Origin: Callorhinchus milii | Lineage: Eukaryota | DNA length: 64,000 bases | Assembly: GCF_018977255.1 (NCBI RefSeq) | Contig: NW_024704751.1 | Location: 16,306,001-16,370,000 of the forward strand | Reading direction: 5' to 3' | Shown here: piece by piece, positions 24,646-36,232 of the stretch | How positions within the stretch are numbered: the first letter of the stretch is position 1 | How the letters are laid out: the number at the start of each line of letters is the position of its first letter | Position numbers and translations under genes: made by a program | The notes under the pieces: model-generated | Database searches by the model: none | What the model saw: only the letters and a program-made list of their open reading frames with translations | Told to the model about the DNA's origin: nothing

Positions 24646-27600
24646 GTGAGGAACTGGGTAGTGGGGGGGGGGGGCAGCAAATGGAGATTTTTTAAAAAAA
24701 AGGGGGGCTGAATGGAGTGTGGAAAAAAGGGGGGAAATGAAAAGCGGGGGTCTGAGGCAGAGGTTTGGCGCCTCCGTGAGGGGGGCGGACGGTGGGGGGG
24801 CGGCGGCGGCAATGTTTTGTTTTTTTAAAAAAAAACTGACTGAAAATTTTTTAAAATTTCGGTCGAGAACAAACCGCCCGTTTTTATTGTTGCTTCGAAG
24901 ATGTCGAGTGGGCGGTGGGGGTGAGGTGGTGGTGGTCGGTGGTGGGGGGGGGAAGAGAGACGGGGTCGTCTGGGCAAGTGCAGTGGGGGGGGGGGTACAT
25001 GTGTTGTGTGTGTGTGAGGAACAATGAGGTAGGGAGTGGCGGGCGCTCTGTGACCCGAGCCCCCCGGGTGGGGGGGGTGGAGGGGGGTCTCTCGCATCTG
25101 CATTATAAATCGATTCGGACTCGTACTTTTGTGTGTGTTATTTTTTTTTTTTTGGGGGGGGGGGGGCGGGGGTTTAAGTTGTTCTGACAGTCGGTCAGTC
25201 CCGCTTCCCGGACCCGAATTCGAGCTCTTTGTTCCTATTTTGAAACGCGTTAAAACGGGCGCGCAGCCGCTCGGGAGCGACCACATACACCTCTGTTGTG
25301 TATATTTTTTTCTTTTCTCTCTCTCTCTCTCTCTGTCTCTGTCTCCCGCCGCTTTAACCGAGGCGTCGCGTGCGATTTTTTTTAATTTGCGGGACTTTTT
25401 TTATTTTTTTTATATCTATATATATCGAGGGGTGGTGTCTGTGTGTGTGTGTGTGGGGGGGGGGGGGGGCGGGTTGTTTCTGTTCCCTCCGGTTCCAGAC
25501 GTGCTTGGTTTGGGCTCCATCGGAAAACACAGTGACTCTTTGTTCTGGAGTAACGTCCCCAGTTTTGCTTTCTTTCCCCTCTTTTCTTTTTCTTTCCACA
25601 AAGGCTGCTTTTGTAGGCGTGTGTGTGTGCGCGGGGGTGGGGGGAGTGGGGGGGGAGCAATCTTGTCCCGTTTAAAAAATATATATTTTCTAGCAATTGT
25701 GTTTGGTAAACAGAACGTCCCCGCCTCGAAAAAAAAGCTTTATATATATATGTGTGTGTGTGCGCGCGCGTGTGTGTACATGTGTATATAAAGTTGTTTT
25801 GGGTCTTTTTAAGAAGCCAAATGTTTTCATAGGAGGGGCTGCAACCCGGGGGCAAGTCTGCTTTGTTTGACTTTTCAAGTCGAATTCAACTCCCGTCAAC
25901 GCGTTTGGCATTCGCTCTGCCGATGGGGTTCAGTGCCGGGGGCAGAACCCGCACCTTTCCTTTCTTGCTCGGTTTTCGCCGCGCAATGCATTCGACGAGT
26001 TTCGGCTCTTTGTGTGTCGGTTTGCCTTCCTCCGGTGCTCTCGGTGCATCACCTGCGGTGCCCGCGTGTCATTTATTTCATGTCTTGGGTTTTTTTTTGA
26101 TCGACTGTGCTCGCCCGCCCACAAAAAAAAAAACCGAGGCTTTTGTTTCACCAGAGGCTGTGAAATGTGGATGGTCTCGCGGGCTTTTGTCTCGGGTTAG
26201 TTTGTTATGGACGGAGTGAGTTTTTTTTTTGTGTGTGTGCATGTTCCCTTAGATTAAAACTAACCGGAGACCGGGTGGTGTTGTACCTGGGAAGCAGAGC
26301 AGCTCCTCGGATTGCAAACAAAGCCCAAGGTTTTGCTCGCACCGTTTAACCCGTAATGTAGGGGCGAGGACCTCGCCTCAGACTGAAGCTGCCGCTCTCT
26401 CTCTCTCTCTCTCCTGTGGCGGTGGTGGTCATCGATTTCATTTGGAAGGCGCTGCATCCCCTCCCAAAATGGTCGGTTGCGTTAATTTTCGCGGCTTATT
26501 TACTTGTGGTAATTTAACATCCGTTATTCTGGCAGCGGTGCTCGGCATTGCAACCGGCGCCGAGCCCCGCGCAGCCCCCGCCCCGGAGATGCGCTCGAAA
26601 CCGCACTGGATGTCTTTCATTGGGGCTTCGGGGCAATCTCGGGTTAGATAACCTACACCACGCGGACACGCCCGAATCGATCGGGTTTATCGGATCTGAC
26701 TCTTGTTTTCTGAATGCCGATATCGAGCTCCTCTCGGGCGGTGACTAATCCACCACAAAAGATCAGGGCGGACCTGTGGTGCGTTGGGGTGGGGGGGAAT
26801 TGATCCCTAGTCCAAATTTTACCAACACGTGTTTTTTGAAATTAGTCGTTCACCTGGAAAGATGCTCGTTGTCGCGTTTGTCACTACATTTCAAAGGCAA
26901 CTCATTGTCTTGGAAGGGCTTTGAGATGTTGACGTGAAGGAACCACATGACGGGCAACACTACTAAGCACCTGCCTCTACATGCCGGAAATGTCTGGTAA
27001 ATGAACACCGACGCCCCCTACTTTGTTGTTGCGATTTCACGCATTTCACCCGTTAAAAATTCACATCGAAGGCACGGTTGGTATAGTGTAGTCGTGAAAT
27101 CATTCGATGCCTTTGTGTACAATAGTTTCCTTTGTGAAGACTCCTCGAGGCAGCCTTGGCAAATCGTGTAACGCGCAGATTAAGACATTAATTACTATTA
27201 CACTTGCATGTGGATATGGTGCCCCAGGGCTTAAAGTAGTGTCGGAGCACTTGATGCTACTATGCTTATATTTTTTTTAAAAAAACACGTTGTAAGCTAT
27301 TTACTTCGGCCATTACGAGTGAGTTCCAGCTGATATTGGAATTCAAGTGTAGGATTGTAACCCTGGACCAGCGACCCACTGATTTGCACAACACCATCAG
27401 GTCTTTTGTTCCACTGAAAGAACTTTCCTACTGTGTCTAATCATGAGACTCTTTGTCAGCTGATACATTTATTTTGTGTGGAGATAATGCACTTCACAAA
27501 TGAGATGTATTCTGTGCGTGATTCTGTTCTTCTGACATAGCTCATGAAACTGACTAATAAGAGTGTGTTGACATTAAAAGTATAACGGTAGAGACTGAAC

Positions 27601-27819
27601 AGTTGGATTTTTAAATCTTTGAAGATTTCAGGAGGGAATGCAGACAGTCCAAAATCTTTTGGGTGCTGGGGAGCAGTCAGAGTGCTTTGACTTAATTACA
27701 GCAAATGAGGTAACAGCTGTTGGTCAAAGATGTGAAGTAACCGATTGAACAAAGTACAACCACTCAGCATTTGCCTACTGAATTTCGATTGGAATCCTCA
27801 GCAATTTGGTGGATATCAT

Positions 27820-28520
27820 AACTTAGGTGTCAGGTTCGACCCTCCCCAATTATCCTCTCTTCCCCCACATCCGGTCCCTCACCAGCACCGCCATCTTCCA
27901 CCTCCAATGCATTGCCCGCCTCCACAAATACCCCTCTCCGAAAGCTGCTGAAACCCGAGTCCATGCCTTTGTCACCCCTCAGCTGGACTATTCTAACGCC
28001 TTCCTCTCCGGTCTCCCATCCACTACCATCCATAAAATACAGATCATTCAAAACTCTGCCACCCGCATTCTCACCCGCACCAAACTCCACTACCCAATCA
28101 CCCCAGTCCTTGCCAGACTGCACTGGCTACTTATCCCAGAGAGGATTGACTTCAAGATCCTCACCCTTGTATTCAAATCCCACCACTCCTCTGCACCCCT
28201 CTACCTCTTTGACCTCTCTCCTCAAAACAGTACCCGTCCTTCGTTCCTCTGGGTCTGGCCTCCTCCTCGTCCCCCGAGTCCTCCGCTCCACCCTCGGCGG
28301 CTGTGCCTTCAGCCACTATGTCCTGAAGCTCCGGAACTCCTTTCCTTTTGCTCCCTTTGCCTCGCTCCCTCTCTTCCTGTTTTCAGGTCTCTGCTGAAGA
28401 CCTTTCTCTTCGACTGTGCCTTTGGTCACCCCCCCTGGCTTGGCACCAGGATCAGTTACTGCGAAGCGCTCTGAGACACTGTCCGGTGTGGAGGCTGCTA
28501 TATAAATCCAAGTTGTTAAT
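27820..28520 (+). mobile_element. L2 LINE 3' fragment (end of ORF2)
   Basis: Translation AAETRVHAFVTPQLDYSNAFLSGLP...QNSATRIL...HWLLIPERIDFK is typical of the L2/CR1 ORF2 C-terminus. It is frameshifted and ends in a GTTGTT tail. Confidence 0.85.
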
Positions 28521-29230
28521 GTGGAGAATCTTTCGGTAGGCTGGAACCTGAACTGAGGGTTGGGAGAGTGATGACAAGGAGGAATTAAATGCTTTGAGGG
28601 GGCTTTGGCAAGTGTGCAGAAACACTGAATGTTGGAGGATAGGAAGGTGACCTGAGTTAGATTTAGTGGCATTGCAGCCAATGAGCACAAATACAGTTGG
28701 CTCAAGATGGCAAGTTGTGATACCATTACAATGTCTAAGTCTTAAATTAAAGATGATATTTTTGTTTTAGGTAACAGGATAGTTATCATAACTTTTGGTG
28801 CAGTGTACATTGAAGCATAGGTTGAATTTAGTAATGACTATTATGCTACGTGAGCCAGGTGGCAAACCTAGAAATGCCCACTCAGTATTTTAAATTGTGT
28901 TGGGATTTGTTTCTGGGTACTGGTCTTAGTGTGTAGAGTCAGGTCAACTCTCATAATGGATTATTTTAACGGTTTTTGAAGTGTGAATGAATCTGAACAT
29001 CACTGTATTGACTAAATCTAAAATTTCAGAAATTGTACTGCAATCGGCTACCCTTAAAATAATGTAAAGTTGGTAATTAAATTTCCAAAAAGATGTTCTT
29101 GCAATAAACAAGTTCTCTAACTGCAATGAATTCTAACTGACCTGCCATTATTCTCTTGTTTCTAGGTTCTGCTGCTTACCTAGAGCTGCATTCCTAACGG
29201 TTATCAGTTCTTCAACAATCTTGCTGCAAA

Positions 29231-32200
29231 ATGGCAAATGCTGGTAAGTATCCATGGGGCTAGACCAACAACAAATTACATTTGTATTGCTCTTTCCTAT
29301 GTGCAAGTCACAGTTTGCAAGGGACAAAAAATGGTTGTCCACAGCCAAAGGCGATCCCACCCCAAAAAACAAAACTTGCACAATAGTTTTTAAGCAAAAA
29401 AAATTATATTAAAGAAGCTCTGCATCCATCTTCTCCAGACTCCTCTTGCACTCGCAAACCCCCAGCTTTATACTTGTACATGTAGCTCGATCACCAATAA
29501 CCATAAAAGGCAGTGACTGGATTTATCCCCCTGTAACAGTGACTAAGTTACATTGCACCAGTAAGCTTGCTCAGGTATAGAGGGGTCCAACATGAGAGAA
29601 CCAGATAAATAACAAGACTAAAGACTATCATTCTGTTGGTATAGATCAGTTGCCCATTTACCTAACCAGTCACTACAATTCATGTTGCACTTCACATTGA
29701 CCCACTTGTTAATATTAATTATGTTTGGCTCAATCCATTTTAAATGCTGAACATCCTATTACCAATTTGCCAATCTTATTTAGAAATAGCAGGTGAACTG
29801 TTTCTTGGGCTGTTTTTCTTTCAGCCACCAGTTTATATTGATTCTCGTTAAATAAGTATTTGTATCCTGACTAAAGCTTTCTGAATGAACTGCACAAAGT
29901 CAGGTTTTCATAGTTGGGACAGCTGGAGACTATAATGCAATTCACTAAGGTTTTTTTCTCAGACGCCCAGGTGAAAGACATCCAGGTGAAAGAAATTGAT
30001 AAACGCTCTTCAGGACAGGCTTTTGAATTGATTCTGAATCCAACTGGAGGTGAAGCCATTCCAGAATTTCCCCTTTCTCCTCCCAAGAAGAAGGATCTCT
30101 CGCTAGAAGAAATCCAGAGAAAGCTGGAAGCAGCTGAGATCAGGCGAAAGGTGTATGCATTATTGTTTCTATGATCTTTTCTCTGAAGATGCTGACTTAA
30201 ACTGAGTATAGTTTCATTGGTTCTCTGAATCCCCCGGTACCTATCTCACTTCTAGATTTTCTAGTACCAAACACAATGCATGTATTAAACCAGTGTAGTA
30301 TCACAATTGAACCTAATTTCAGTTGTCATTGTATGGACTTACATGCACTTTCTAGTGTGTAAGATAGTTTGGAATTGTCTTTCTCCACAGCCAAGGGTGA
30401 TGCAAATACAGCACAAACTGGTATTGAAATCCTCAAGTTTGGACAATCCTCTGCATATTACAAAATGTTATCCTAAATGTAATTTTAATATGAGATTACT
30501 CTAAAGTTATGGTTTTTAACAAAATTACATTTATATAGCGCCTTTCATGTTGGGAGGACGTTCTAAGGTGTTGGACAGATGGAGTTACGGACTCGAGCTG
30601 AGCGTCGGGGTAGGGGGGTGAAGCAGGGGGGTCGAAAGCACGGTCGAAGAGGAGGTCTTGGAGGGGGGGGGAGGTGGAGGGACTGCGGGATGGAGTTCCA
30701 GAGGATGGATGCAGAGTGGCGGAAGGCCCATTCACTGATAGTGGGGTAAGCAGGATGGGAGACGTGAAACAGGCCAGAGCACGCTGAGCAGAGGGAGCAA
30801 ACAGGGTGATAGGGGGGTTAGGAGGTTGTAGAGGTAGGGGCAGAGCAAGATCATGGAGGGCTTTGAAGGTGAGGTCCAGGATCTTGAACTGTATACTCTG
30901 TGATGGGAAGCCAGTGGAGTTGGGCAAGGATGGGGTCACAGAGCCTAGTGCGGGAGAGAACATGGGCTGCAGAGTTCTGGATGATCTGCAGCCTGTGGAG
31001 GGAGGAGTTGGGGAGGCTAACTAGCAGTGAGTTTGTATAGTCGAGCCTCGTAATAGGCGTGTATGAGGGTTTGGGCGGCCTGCAGTGTGAGACGGTGTCG
31101 GAGCCGGGCGGAGGTGGGGGAAGGCAGAGCGGGTTATGACGTGAATGTGGGGTAGAAAGGATAGTTGAGGGTCGAACAAGACCCTCAACTAGTGATGCTG
31201 TCAGCGCCTGAGGTGAGGAGGCACTGACGGGGGCCAATCAGGAGAACCTTGATTTTATTGACGTTCAACTGAAGAACGTAAGCTCTCATCCAGGACTTAA
31301 TGTCTGATGTTTTAAAATAAAAATATACAACTTTCTAATTTGGCGCTGAAGATAGTGAAGCTGTTGTTAAGCGACAGTGCAGGTGGTAGGAGTAGCTTGG
31401 GTAAGCAACTGAGAATATTACAGCTTTGCTTTTCTCTCCTTTTGTTAAGTCTTTAAATGTTTTACGCTCCTATTTGTTTGTGTCACCAAAACAGTGGGAT
31501 GGGCCTTGTGGATGAATTGTTTGTTTGGCTAAACAAATGGTCTTTGTTGTACAGTCACATGAAGCAGAAGTGCTGAAGCAGCTGGCTGAAAAACGAGAGC
31601 ATGAAAAGGAGGTGCTTCAGAAAGCAATTGAAGAGAATAACAACTTTAGCAAGATGGCAGAAGAGAAACTGACTACCAAGATGGAAGCCAATAAAGAGAA
31701 TCGTGAAGCCCAGCTAGCTGCTAAACTGGAGCGCCTGCGAGAGAAGGCAAGTTCTGACTCAATGTCATGTATGGATTAATTGGTAAACAAATAGATTTTG
31801 ATGGGGTTGGGGGAGAGGTTCATCAAATTTGTGGAGTATTGTTATTGCATTAGTATAATCCATTCCAGGTGAGTTAATTGCTGCTTCCTCAGTTTCGTCC
31901 CCTTTTTTCCCCCCCCCACCTCCCAAACCACCCTGTTGCGTGGGTATCCAAAGTGCAATTAGAGCCCCTCATTGCTATTCTGGTGCAGCACAGACCATAG
32001 ATTCAACCTGAGAATGTCTTGGTCTGTAGGTTAAGCCATTGTTAAAATGGATCCCTTGGAGACGACAAAGATGATGATAATTTTAAGCCCAACAAATAAA
32101 CATGAAAGTGGTGTACTTTTTAGGATTGCAGTCAACCAAATCTGCTCAATGGGTGATGAGAGCAGTTATAAAATGTGAATTCTTGTACTGATTCTTTACA

Positions 32201-32285
32201 AATCTACGTGTCTTGTTTTCAACTTTAGGAGAAACGTCTGGAAGAAGTGAGGAAGAGCAAAGAGATCAAAGAGACTGAAGGCTAG
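29231..32285 (+). CDS. STMN1: Stathmin 1-like, copy A (149 aa)
   Basis: Exons 29231-29243 (MANA), 29963-30150, 31555-31746 (GC donor) and 32229-32285. The protein reads [75 protein letters not shown]...[18 protein letters not shown]. The 13-nt first coding exon and 192-nt middle exon match STMN1 structure. AATAAA at 32708. Confidence 0.92.
30520..31310 (-). mobile_element. L2 LINE 3' fragment inside a stathmin A intron
   Basis: Minus-strand translation [15 protein letters not shown]...[12 protein letters not shown]...LHWLP, plus the shared 3' hairpin near 30535-30570. Confidence 0.8.
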
Positions 32286-33779
32286 GGCCTCATCTTCTCT
32301 ACATGTTTGGAATTTGAGGGTTTTTTCAACCATCCAAAGATGTTTTTTTGTTACTTTATGGCCAACGTGTTGAATTCAAACCTTTGTAATGCTATAAAAT
32401 GTGCAGCTAAGAACATAAAAAAAGCTGAGCAGGAGAAATAGGGAAAGCTTGTTTGTATGTTTCACTTTTTGTAAACCTTCTTATGGTCTTTTCTGATGTA
32501 GATAATGGCAGCTGTTACTTTTCTATTTGTAGTGCATTCAATGGGCATTGCTGGTTGCAGGTTAGTTTCCCGGTTAAAATAAATGTGAATTATGTAATTA
32601 CTAGCATGCTTTCTGCAGTAATCTGCTGTCACGTGCGAATTGTTACACTCCATACCAGTATGTAGCTTTGCAAACCTGCCTAACCTCTTGTACCTGTCTT
32701 GACTTCCAATAAAACTGCACAAATTACTGTTCTGTCACGAAGTATTCTATAAAGAAGGATGCGCGGAGATGTTACGGTAGTGGCTTCTGAAAGCACCAGG
32801 TCTGACCCTTCAACGGGGGGAACATCACGTTGTCTAATTTTGAAGTTAATTGACGAGCTTGATGCATGCTGAGCAAAAGAGCATTACCGCTTGTGGCGAT
32901 TCTGCTGCTAAAATGAAGGATGGGTGTCGCTGCCGGAAAATATCCCGATAAAATAATAAGATAAATCCTCTTTGATCCAGCGCCTGATCGCGCCTTCGGG
33001 ACGTCTCCAAAGCGCTTCGCAGAATATGCTGTAAAGTGAATTGACTATTGTGTGGGCGAAACCGGGCGGTCAGGTCAGTTCATCCCGCGAAACAAGTCGT
33101 GGGTGGAGTGACCGATTGATTTTTTTTTTTTTTATTTAGATTTTTTTTTTCGGAGGGATTACCCCGGAAAAGCCGATCGACTTAACGATTGGGATCCTAC
33201 TGCCTGCGAGGTGGGAGTGAGGAATCGTGCCCGAACGGGAACCAAGCCCGGGGTCTCTCAGGAGAGCGCAAGCTGCGGGACTCCGCACTCTATTCCCGAA
33301 TGTGGTGGGTTCTCCTCCACACCCCCACCCGCACCGCCCGGTCACGTTTCGCAAGACCGCCCACGCCGTTTAAAAAAAAAATTAAAGTTATTTTAACGGG
33401 TTCCCTGAATTCGAAGCGGGCAAACCGCACGCAGGTCACGGCGGCGTGGACACGTTTCCGACCGGGGGTGTGGGGTGGGGGGGGGGACTTGACACGCAGT
33501 CCCTCGCGCGCGCGATGGGTTTTAATGACATAATTTAATGAGGTAAAAAAAAATATAATAATTTCAGTGGGGATTGTGTGTTAATTATTCCGGGTTTGGG
33601 TGACTTGGCTTTGCTGGTGACCAGGAATCCTGGAGGAAGGGGTTAAAAAAAAAAAAAAAAAAAATTGGTGCACACACCGTTATTGGATAACTTTTGGAAA
33701 CGGCCATTGTTTCGGCATTTATTCTTAAATCAAAACACTTTATTTTTTTTTCTCTCTCTCTCCGCCTCTAAACCGACGA

Positions 33780-33980
33780 GTCCAAATCAAACGATAACAG
33801 CGGCCGGAAAAGTGGCGGGAAGGCGCGACGTTTGAACCGGGCGGCGGCCGTTGGCTCGGGGGCGGGGCGGGGTGGGGGCGTGGTCGGGGCGCCTTGCCCA
33901 TGCGCAGTGTGAGCGAGCGGCCGGCGCGCGCGCGTGCGGCGGCAGTTGGCGAGGCGGCGGCTCGGAGAGCGGGAGCGGAG
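33780..33980 (+). promoter_or_regulatory. Promoter and non-coding exon 1 of stathmin copy B (CpG island)
   Basis: E2F site GGCGGGAA at 33814-33821, CDE-like GGCGC(G), CHR TTTGAA at 33831-33836, GC boxes and NRF1-like CATGCGCAG near 33899. Donor GAG|GTAACC after 33980. Confidence 0.7.
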
Positions 33981-36232
33981 GTAACCGTGCGCGGCCCGCT
34001 GCTCCCGAGGGGGGCGGGGGGTGGGGAGGGAGGGAGGGAGGAAGCCTCGCGTTTGGCCGGTCGGCCTGGCCTGGCCCGGCCCGCCCGTGATTTGCCCTTC
34101 TCACTGCTTGGGTCCGTGTGAGGGTAAGCGCGGGGCCACGGAGGCGGACACGTGCGGCCTGAGCGCCCGCCACTGACCACCCGCCTGCTCTCCCCTTCCG
34201 CAACTGACCCACCTGACAGCCCAGCCTCGACCGCCGCCTGGTTGAGGGGAGCTGTCCGATGTCTCTGTGGGGCCAAACCGACTGGGCTTTGGCCTCGCGA
34301 ACTGACCTCCCGAGGCGCTGCTGTGTTAAAACCCCCACATACAGTGGGGTCGGTGACCGGTATCCAACGCCTCCAGCAACTCTTGAGAGGTGTCGGTGCC
34401 CCTTCCCAATGAGATCAGGACGACCAAACTGTTTGAACTTTTAGTGCCTTAAATTCGACGTTTCACATGATATGTACTTGAATATTTTGGGCGGTGTTAT
34501 GTTTATCACTCATTTAGTCGTCCCTCATGTGTGTATTTCATATTTGCCAGAAAGTTCCATTGCATGTCATGGGCAAACTGCTGAAATCTTAATATCAGTG
34601 TATGTTACATTGGCTGAAATAGCCTCAAATTCTAGAATTAGACTGACGGCATATCCTTGGCCCCCAAGTCCGCGGAGGCGGCATTTGGCAAGACGGTATT
34701 CCCAGCGCCGAGATAGGATGGCGCGTTTTGTTTTGAAGTGGGTTCATTGTTGTCAGAAGACATCACGTTTGTTCTTCAGTAATCGAGACCGATTTGTTCC
34801 AGAAGAAAAGCATTGCTGCCACTCGTTAGGACCAGAGAAGTTGGGGAAGACGGAGGTGGGTTGGAATGTGCAGCTACAATCCACTCATTTGCCAACTACA
34901 AAATGGTGGCCTTTACAGGAGAAAATTGCTTTAACATCAAAACTGGGATTTGGATGAACACTTGTCTCTTAATGGTGCATTTTAATGCACTTTTCGCCCA
35001 CAAAATACAGTCACTACACTTTCCAGTATATTCTGTGAAGTGCTTTGAGAGGTCTCAAATACGGTGCTTTATCAAATGCAAGGATTAATATAACTTTTAC
35101 TCTATATATCCTGACTTCACATTGCATCCATTGCACACTACTGGTTGAGAAATTAGGGAAACTGAGCAGCATTCGCTGCTGCATTTCTATTTCCTTTGTT
35201 TTATTTTTACAAAAGTGTTTTAAGGGAGAAAACCAGGAGATGTTTGTGTAATATAATCTATGAAATAAACAGGAGTATCACCTTGTTTTTCTTCTAAGAC
35301 AGGAAATTGTTGCAATTCTTGGGGTCGGCTTATTATTCAGCGCCTTGGGACATCCTCCCAACGTGAAAGGCGCTATACAAATGTAATCCTGTTGTTGTAT
35401 TCCTACTTTACTAGCATACTTCAGCATTTTAGTATTCACTGTTTGCAGTTGATCAATACCAATTGTTTTTTTTCTAAATCATTTATAAATATTTGTAGTA
35501 TAGGTCACTAGGGTTACAGTTTTAAATTGCATTAATTGATGCTAAAATGGAATTTTAAGAGTTTTGAATTCTGATGACTGTTAAAGAGTTATTGTCAATG
35601 TTCTAAAACATTTCAAAAGTTTCTGACTGCTCCTTGCAACATTTCATAATAATAATCCTTGCATTCGATATAACCCAATATCAGGTTGTTAAGACATCTG
35701 AAAGCACTTTACAGTATAAAGTGAATTGACAGTGTATATTGTGAGAAACCAGTTGCACACAGCAATGTTCCACAATCAGCCTTGTTTGGCCAATTTTATT
35801 TGGGAGATTGCTGGTCAGGACACTGGTAGAAACTCCCTTCACTTTTGAATATTGCCAGGGGATCTTTAATATCCACCTGAACAGGCAATCATAATTACAA
35901 TCATACAAGTCTTATTCAATGAGTACATTTGTCTGAAAACGTGCAGATAATGTGATAGTGAATTTGCCCTGCTTCGTTGTGGCACATATTCTTGCAGGGT
36001 AGAAGTTATTTAACTACCATCTTAACTGCTGGGTGTATTTTGTGCAATGCACCTATCAGACTATGTTTTTTTAAATAACTAAAGTCCTAGTGTTTAATTT
36101 TAATAAGTCAACGCGTAAAAATATTAATATTAAAAAATTGCCATGCTTCTGTTTGCAGGTTCTGACATTTACTTTGCATTTTACTTCTAAGGAGCGGTGG
36201 CAATTTTAGTGTTTGTGTTATCTTGCTGAACA

